A stretch of 64,000 bases of DNA. Source: Candidatus Shapirobacteria bacterium (GTDB taxonomy: Bacteria; Patescibacteriota; Microgenomatia; UBA12405). Location: NCBI GenBank assembly GCA_041658125.1, contig JBBAAS010000002.1, positions 8,951-72,950 of the forward strand. Reading direction: 5' to 3'. Below, in pieces: positions 58,131 to 64,000 of the stretch. The notes below the pieces were generated by a model. That model saw only the letters and a program-made list of their open reading frames with translations. It was not told where the DNA came from and did not search any database. How positions within the stretch are numbered: the stretch's first letter is position 1; every line of letters starts with the position of its first letter. A program made the translations under genes and the position numbers.

Positions 58131-59471
58131 TTAAAAAGAGCGCCTGATTTGGTCGACAAGTTGACGAAGAGAAGAATTGACGGCCAAATCAGAGTGAATT
58201 TTGTCACGGGCGTGCATAATGCTGGTATGGTCGCGACCGCCTAAAAGACGGCCAACTTCTTCTAAAGGAAGATTGATTTCGGTGAGAAGAAGGTAGGCGG
58301 TTAAGTGGCGAGCGAAAACCAAGTCTTTTTTACGACTTTTGCCGCAAAGCTCGCTAGTTTTAAGATCAAAGTGTTTGGCACAAAGAGAAATAATATGCCT
58401 AGGAGTAAGGTTGGTAGGAGAAAGATGGTTTTGACCGGAAGAGGACAAGGGATTGAGGTAGTTTTGCACAAAAGCCAAATCGATCTCCTCTACCCTACCG
58501 GATTGAGCTTTAATGGCGATCTGTTGGATATTACCTTCAATGTCGCGAATATTGGATTGGATATTTTCAGCTAAAAAGGTGACAGCCGGAGGTTGAAGTT
58601 TGAGTCCATAAACTTCTGCTTTTTGAGTGATAATGGCGCAGCGCATTTCATAATCAGGGGGTTGAATATCGACGGTAAGGCCGCCCATAAAACGGGAAAC
58701 CAGGCGATCTTCGAGATTTTGGATATCAGAGGGCTTACGGTCGGAAGTTAAGATGACCTGCCGACCGGACATGTGAAGAGCGTTAAAGGTATGAAAAAAT
58801 TCCTGTTGAATGTATTCTTTACCGGCGATAAACTGGACGTCATCAACCAGAATGCAATCAAGCTGGCGGTAACGGTCTTTGAAGAGATTCATATTTTTGG
58901 ATTTGAGGGCGGCGATTAAATCATTACCAAAGGTTTCGGCCGGAAAATACTTGATTTTAAGGGCAGAATTGTTTTTAAGTAATTCATGGCCGATGGCTTG
59001 CATAAGATGAGTTTTACCGACACCGACGCCGCCCCAAATAAAAAAGGGATTGTAGGTAGAGCCGGGGTTTTTGATGATACCTTGAGCGGCGGCAAAGGCA
59101 AAATTATTACTATTACCCACAATAAAATTTTCAAGGGTATAACGGGGATGAAGGTTGGGAGAGTAAGTTGATTTTGGGGAAAAATTAAGAAGAGGGGCGG
59201 AGAAGTTTTGGTTTTCGGTCTTGATGAGATCTTGGACAATAAAAGAAATAGAATTGTTAGTTTTAGTTTGATTGTCGAGAGCACTTTTGAAGAGGTGGTA
59301 ATAGCGTTTTTGGTTGATATCAGCTAGATAAGAGTTGGGGCAAGCAATAGTAGCGGCACTATCTTTGAAAATTATTAATTGGGTTTTAGAAACAAAGGTT
59401 TGAAAGACGGCCGGAGCCAAAACAATCTTGAGCTCTTCCTGGGCATTTTTCCAAAGTCTGTCGATATCCAT
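58131..59471 (-). CDS. dnaA: Chromosomal replication initiator DnaA
   Basis: YNPFFIWGGVGVGKTHL, DDVQF, EFFHTFN, SRF, GGRDHTS. Confidence 0.98.
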   Translation of the reverse strand: MDIDRLWKNAQEELKIVLAPAVFQTFVSKTQLIIFKDSAATIACPNSYLADINQKRYYHLFKSALDNQTKTNNSISFIVQDLIKTENQNFSAPLLNFSPKSTYSPNLHPRYTLENFIVGNSNNFAFAAAQGIIKNPGSTYNPFFIWGGVGVGKTHLMQAIGHELLKNNSALKIKYFPAETFGNDLIAALKSKNMNLFKDRYRQLDCILVDDVQFIAGKEYIQQEFFHTFNALHMSGRQVILTSDRKPSDIQNLEDRLVSRFMGGLTVDIQPPDYEMRCAIITQKAEVYGLKLQPPAVTFLAENIQSNIRDIEGNIQQIAIKAQSGRVEEIDLAFVQNYLNPLSSSGQNHLSPTNLTPRHIISLCAKHFDLKTSELCGKSRKKDLVFARHLTAYLLLTEINLPLEEVGRLLGGRDHTSIMHARDKIHSDLAVNSSLRQLVDQIRRSF

Positions 59472-59567
59472 GAACAAAATTTTTAATTTCTAATTTAAAA
59501 TTTATAAATAAAGAAAAGTCCAATGATAGGTAAAAAATACGACTCGGGGGAGAGAAGTGATTCGGGG

Positions 59568-59576
59568 TTATCCACA
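59568..59576 (+). promoter_or_regulatory. Perfect DnaA box upstream of dnaA
   Basis: TTATCCACA; near-match TTTCCCACA at 59591. Confidence 0.8.
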
Positions 59577-59661
59577 GGATAATAGAGGAGTTTCCCACAA
59601 GAGACAAGAGATCAAATTTTAATTATCAAAAAACAAAGAGAGTTATGGTAGAATTTGAGCC

Positions 59662-59802
59662 ATGAAAGAGAAAGGGACATACCAACCAAAAAAGAAGAGA
59701 AGAGCCAGAGTACATGGTTTTTTGGCCAGGATGGCGACTCATAATGGCAGAAAGATAATAAAAGGAAGAAGATTGAAAGGAAGAAAGAAACTAACGGTAT
59801 AA
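59662..59802 (+). CDS. rpmH: 50S ribosomal protein L34
   Basis: [46 protein letters not shown] (below the ORF-track cutoff). Confidence 0.96.
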   Translation: MKEKGTYQPKKKRRARVHGFLARMATHNGRKIIKGRRLKGRKKLTV

Positions 59803-59806
59803 TGGG

Positions 59807-60139
59807 GTGATGCTAAAGAGAATCAACAGAATCGGAACAAAAAAAGAGTTTGAAGAAGTAAAAGAAAAGGGGAGAGTTTATCAGGCTCCCCTATTGGCGA
59901 TGGTAGTTTTAAAAAAAGAAGATGAGGAAAAAAAGTTTGGGCTGGTGGTGTCAAAAAGAATTTCAAAGAAAGCGATAATCAGAAACAAAATAAGAAGGGC
60001 AGTGTATGAAGCAATAAGGGGACAGTTGGGGAAAATCAGTAGTGGGGTAAGAGGAATAGTGCTGGTGAGAACGGCAATTGTCGGTAGAGAGGCAGAGGAA
60101 ATAGAAAGAGAAATCGGAGAAATAATAAAAAAGTTATGA
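59807..60139 (+). CDS. rnpA: RNase P protein component
   Basis: FGLVVSKRI.KKA..RNKIRR; synteny. Confidence 0.95.
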   Translation: MMLKRINRIGTKKEFEEVKEKGRVYQAPLLAMVVLKKEDEEKKFGLVVSKRISKKAIIRNKIRRAVYEAIRGQLGKISSGVRGIVLVRTAIVGREAEEIEREIGEIIKKL

Positions 60140-60339
60140 GAAAAATAGTACTTAAAATAATTTGGTTTTATAAAAGATATATCTCATCGGGGTACAATTG
60201 CCGGATGATTCCAAACTGCAGTGAATATACCTACGAAGCGGTAGAAAAATATGGAGTGATCAAGGGCTTGGGCTTGGGAATAAAAAGAATGTCCAGATGT
60301 CATCCCCGGGGAAAAAGCGGGATAGATTTGGTAAAATAG
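60136..60339 (+). CDS. yidD: Membrane protein insertion efficiency factor
   Basis: CR..P.CSEY..EA...YG, R..RCHP. Confidence 0.95.
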   Translation: MRKIVLKIIWFYKRYISSGYNCRMIPNCSEYTYEAVEKYGVIKGLGLGIKRMSRCHPRGKSGIDLVK

Positions 60340-60345
60340 AAACCT

Positions 60346-61131
60346 ATGAATATACTGATAGCCCCATTTATTAACATGTTGTTTGGATTTTATCACCTAA
60401 CTGGGAACTTGGGTTGGGCGGTAGTGGTAGTGACGGTGTTAATAAGACTCGTTTTGTTGCCATTGGTATTTCCAAGCTTAAAATCGGCTAAAAAGATGCA
60501 GGAATTGCAACCGAGATTAAAAAAATTGCAGGAAAAGTACGGCAAGGAGAAGGAAAAATTAGCAAAAGCCCAGATGGATTTGTACAGGGAAGAAGGAGTG
60601 AATCCCTTATCCGGGTGTTTACCGCAGATTTTACAAATAGCGGTGTTAATTTTGTTTTTTTCGGCTTTTAATATGGTGACGGCGCATATGACGGGAAAAG
60701 ACAATGTGGAAGAAATAAACAGAAACTTAATTTCCGTTTTTAGAATTAATAAAGAATTTAAATTCGGATTGGGATTTTTGGGAAGCGATTTAACGATGAC
60801 GCCGGCGAAAGAATTTGCCAAGGGTGTGGGTTTAAACTTGATATTGCCAATAGTGCTTTTGTTTGGATCAGGAGCATTGCAATACATCAGTACTAAATTA
60901 ATGATGCCGACGGTAAAAGTTGATAAGGAGGTGGTTAAAAAGACCGAAGGAAAGGAAGACGATATGATGTCGGCAATAAGAACGCAGTCACTGTACATGA
61001 TGCCACTCATGACAATCTTTATCGGTTGGGGTTTTTCACTCGGGATATTACTGTATTGGTTTGTAAATTCGGGAGTAATGCTTGGACAACAATTGTTGGT
61101 AAATAAGTTAAATAAGAAAGAACAGAAATAG
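60346..61131 (+). CDS. yidC: Membrane protein insertase YidC
   Basis: LIRLVLLPL, MQELQP, NPLSGCLP, LYWFV. Confidence 0.95.
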   Translation: MNILIAPFINMLFGFYHLTGNLGWAVVVVTVLIRLVLLPLVFPSLKSAKKMQELQPRLKKLQEKYGKEKEKLAKAQMDLYREEGVNPLSGCLPQILQIAVLILFFSAFNMVTAHMTGKDNVEEINRNLISVFRINKEFKFGLGFLGSDLTMTPAKEFAKGVGLNLILPIVLLFGSGALQYISTKLMMPTVKVDKEVVKKTEGKEDDMMSAIRTQSLYMMPLMTIFIGWGFSLGILLYWFVNSGVMLGQQLLVNKLNKKEQK

Positions 61132-61156
61132 CTTTGGACATGGTAGAATAGCCGGT

Positions 61157-61627
61157 ATGACAAACAAAGAAAGAAACGAAAAAATATTGGGAGCAACTTG
61201 TGAGCTTTTGGAACAGATGAATTTTGAAGTGACGAATGTGTTTGTGGAAGATGGGGAGGGAGAAGAAAATCAGGTGGTAGTGGGGGTGACAGTACCTAAT
61301 CCGGCAGGATTGATTGGTTTTAAAGGAAGAAATCTGGTCGCTGTTCAACTGATTTTGACGTTAATTGTAAAAAGCAGATTGGGAGAATGGACAAGAATAC
61401 TTTTGGATGTAAATGATTATAGGACAGAACAGAAAACCAGGTTGGAACTAATGACTAGAAATTTGGCCGAAAAAGTTAAAAGTACCGGAACGCCGGTATC
61501 GATGGCAAATATGAGCTCGTATGAAAGAAGAATTTGTCATATGATAGTAGCTTCGGTGGAAGGAGTAGTGTCGGAATCGGAAGGAGAAGAAGAAGAAAGA
61601 CATATCGTAATCAAACCTGCGGTTTAA
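61157..61627 (+). CDS. jag: Jag/KhpB RNA-binding protein (KH + R3H)
   Basis: LIG.KG.NL, DVNDYR, MSSYERRICH. Confidence 0.92.
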   Translation: MTNKERNEKILGATCELLEQMNFEVTNVFVEDGEGEENQVVVGVTVPNPAGLIGFKGRNLVAVQLILTLIVKSRLGEWTRILLDVNDYRTEQKTRLELMTRNLAEKVKSTGTPVSMANMSSYERRICHMIVASVEGVVSESEGEEEERHIVIKPAV

Positions 61628-61652
61628 TTACGATATAATGATATTATAGGGT

Positions 61653-62897
61653 GTGGAGAGAGTACGGGAAAAAATAGAAAAATTGCTTTTGATTTGGTTT
61701 TTGATTTTAATTCCAACACAGATAGGGAAGCATTTTTGGCCGGAGTGGAGCCAGGTAATGGGATTAAGAATAGACTATTTATCCCCTGTTTTGTATGTGG
61801 TGGACATAATATGGATCGGAATGTTTTTGAGCCGAGGTTTAAGAACAAAGAAAATAAATCGGGAGAAGCTTTTTTCCTTTGGAAACTTGGTGATAATAGC
61901 GGTGGTGGTAATAAATATAATTTTGGCAAAAAACAGGTGGATAGCGGGCTATAAATGGTTAAGGTTGGGACAATGGTGGTGGACAGTTTGGTATTTAAAA
62001 ACAAGAAAGGACTGGGGGAAAGAGATTTTACTTTGGGTGATACCGGTGTGGGTGACAGTTGAAGTTTTTTTGGGATTGGGCCAGTTAATTTGGGGTGGAA
62101 GCCTTGGAGGAATATTTTATTGGTTAGGAGAAAGAAGGTTTGCTTTGGGAACAGTGGGAATAGCCAGAATGAATATTTTGAATGAAAGTGTGTTGCGGGC
62201 ATACGGAACTTTTTCACATCCGAATAGTTTAGCGGGATTTTTACTGGTGAGTATGGGACTTTGGTGGTGGATAAGAAAAAAAAGAGAAATAAATAAATTG
62301 TGGTGGTGGGGAGTGTGGTGGATGATGATATTGGGGATAGTGATATCAGGAAGCAGATGGGTGTGGTTTTTGGGCTGGGGAAGCATAAATTGGTGGTTAT
62401 TTTGGCAAAAAAATGTGGGAGTGAAGAGAATTTTGGGAACTAATCTGGTGTTGCTGGGAGCGGTGATATTGGTTTTGGCGATGGTGAATAGTAATTATAG
62501 GCTGAATGATTTTTTTTGGGGATGGGATAAAGGAAGCTTGGATAAAAGAGCGGGGTTGAATATGGTGGCACTAAAAATGATTTGGAATAGACCCTGGTTT
62601 GGAGTGGGAGCGGGAAATTTTTTGACGGAATTGCCGAATTATCAGAGAAATAATGCCAGTTTTTGGTTGCAACCAGTGCATAACATAATACTTTTGGGGT
62701 TGGCGGAAATAGGAATGGTGGGGATGATTATGTTTTTGGGAATAACGAGAAAAATGGTTGATTTGAAGAAATGGTTGGCTAGCAAGGAAAGACTGATGCT
62801 AATGGGAATGGTGTTATTAACCGGGATGACGGATCATTTTTGGGTGACATTGCCACAAAATAGCTGGCTTTTAGCAGTAATGTTGGGGTTAGTGTAA
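61653..62897 (+). CDS. O-antigen ligase/polymerase-like membrane protein
   Basis: RAYGTFSHPN, SGSR, FGVG.GNF, PVHN. Confidence 0.88.
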   Translation: MERVREKIEKLLLIWFLILIPTQIGKHFWPEWSQVMGLRIDYLSPVLYVVDIIWIGMFLSRGLRTKKINREKLFSFGNLVIIAVVVINIILAKNRWIAGYKWLRLGQWWWTVWYLKTRKDWGKEILLWVIPVWVTVEVFLGLGQLIWGGSLGGIFYWLGERRFALGTVGIARMNILNESVLRAYGTFSHPNSLAGFLLVSMGLWWWIRKKREINKLWWWGVWWMMILGIVISGSRWVWFLGWGSINWWLFWQKNVGVKRILGTNLVLLGAVILVLAMVNSNYRLNDFFWGWDKGSLDKRAGLNMVALKMIWNRPWFGVGAGNFLTELPNYQRNNASFWLQPVHNIILLGLAEIGMVGMIMFLGITRKMVDLKKWLASKERLMLMGMVLLTGMTDHFWVTLPQNSWLLAVMLGLV

Positions 62898-62905
62898 ACT
62901 AATTT

Positions 62906-64000
62906 GTGTTTTTCAGGCCAATTTTAAATACAGCGGTACAAATTTTAGGAAAGATAGTAACGGTGGGAATTAGCTTGGTAACAACGGGAATTTTAACGAG
63001 GAAGTTGGGGGTTTCTGCTTATGGGAGTTTTACTTTGATAACGGCAACCTTTGTACTTTTGGATTCACTCGGTGACTTCGGAACCAGAATAATCGGGGTA
63101 AAACAGATAGCGGAAAAGGATAAAGAAGAAGAAAAAAGACGGATTTTTGCCCAAATAGGATGGCTGAGATTGGGGATGACGGGGGTAGCGTTTTTAATAG
63201 GCTTGGCTTTGTTTAGTTGGTGGCCGGGGTTTGAAGGGATCAAAACAGAAGCGACGATAGCTTTGTTAATGATTTGGTTGACATCGTTAACCGGAAATTT
63301 GGGAATATTTTGGCAAAGCAAAGAAAGGATGGAATACCGGGTAATAATTGACATCCTGTTTCCCCTACTCTTCTTAATTAGTTTGTGGTGGTGGAAAGAT
63401 ACGGTGACATTGAGATGGGTGTTTTGGGTGTATTTGGGAGCCAGAACGGTCAGTTTTTTGGTAGGACTTTGGATGTTGACAAACAACTTAAAATTCAAAA
63501 TTAAAGATTGGCTGATCAAAATCGATTTTAAAATTATTAAAAAGATATTTTCAGAAACATGGCCGATGGGGTTATACCTGTTAATATTTGCCAGTTATGA
63601 CCGAGCGATAGATTCAATGATGATTGAAAGATGGGTAGGAATAAAAGAAGTGGCGTGGTACGGACTCGGATATAAAATTTATTCGAACTTGTTACAGCCG
63701 GTTTATTTTTTTGTAACGAGCCTGTTTCCCCTACTCTCGGCTAAAAATGGTCAAAAAAGGAAATTATTTTTAGGGTCGCTTTGGTTAGTCACAGCCGGAG
63801 TACTGATTTTAATCCCAATAGTTTACTTTTTGGCACCACTAATGGTGAGAATACTGGCGGGGAATGACTTTGGGATGTCGGTGGTAGTTTTAAGAATTCT
63901 TTTGGTAGCGATGGCATTTTCTTATGTTGAGCACTTGGTTGGCTTTACTTTAATTGCCAAGGGCGGACAAAAAATAATGTTGAAGCTAGGATTGGTAGCA
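62906..64000 (+). CDS. Wzx-type polysaccharide flippase (runs off the window)
   Basis: GTG start; NTAVQILGK...LTRKLG...YG.F...DFG, YDRAIDSMM...VAWYG..YK. Confidence 0.85.
   Translation, partial: MFFRPILNTAVQILGKIVTVGISLVTTGILTRKLGVSAYGSFTLITATFVLLDSLGDFGTRIIGVKQIAEKDKEEEKRRIFAQIGWLRLGMTGVAFLIGLALFSWWPGFEGIKTEATIALLMIWLTSLTGNLGIFWQSKERMEYRVIIDILFPLLFLISLWWWKDTVTLRWVFWVYLGARTVSFLVGLWMLTNNLKFKIKDWLIKIDFKIIKKIFSETWPMGLYLLIFASYDRAIDSMMIERWVGIKEVAWYGLGYKIYSNLLQPVYFFVTSLFPLLSAKNGQKRKLFLGSLWLVTAGVLILIPIVYFLAPLMVRILAGNDFGMSVVVLRILLVAMAFSYVEHLVGFTLIAKGGQKIMLKLGLVA

Noticed and set aside
60393-63519. Long antisense ORFs (267, 197 and 166 aa) opposite yidC, the ligase and the flippase
   Set aside because: A by-product of the strong strand bias; the plus-strand genes carry recognisable motifs.

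Overview
This is a low-GC bacterial chromosome segment. Gene content, the PrgI/VirB4 module and widespread leaderless starts suggest Patescibacteria (CPR, Microgenomates-like); this is inference. Core genes include groEL/groES, eno, gpmA, purF, guaB, trxB, mutM and dnaN-dnaA-rpmH-rnpA-yidD-yidC-jag, with five tRNAs. Three accessory regions stand out. (1) A ~6.75 kb element (6765-13516) integrated at the 3' end of tRNA-Ser(CGA). It carries a large serine recombinase, a C-protein/REase/m5C-MTase/Vsr R-M system and a LexA-like repressor divergent from a two-gene CD-NTase + NucC CBASS. It also carries an internal inverted copy of its own circle junction (attP), which encodes an alternative recombinase C-terminus and lies within a stem-closed structured region. 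(2) A small membrane-protein gene (17968-18429) followed by a tRNA-like fold, a GNRA hairpin and a type III hammerhead ribozyme. (3) A copper-resistance island with a BlaI/M56 regulator pair, which appears to have displaced a native copA. A structurally convincing oriC between dnaA and dnaN shows no visible GC-skew switch. All calls were made by eye from motifs; no database searches were run.
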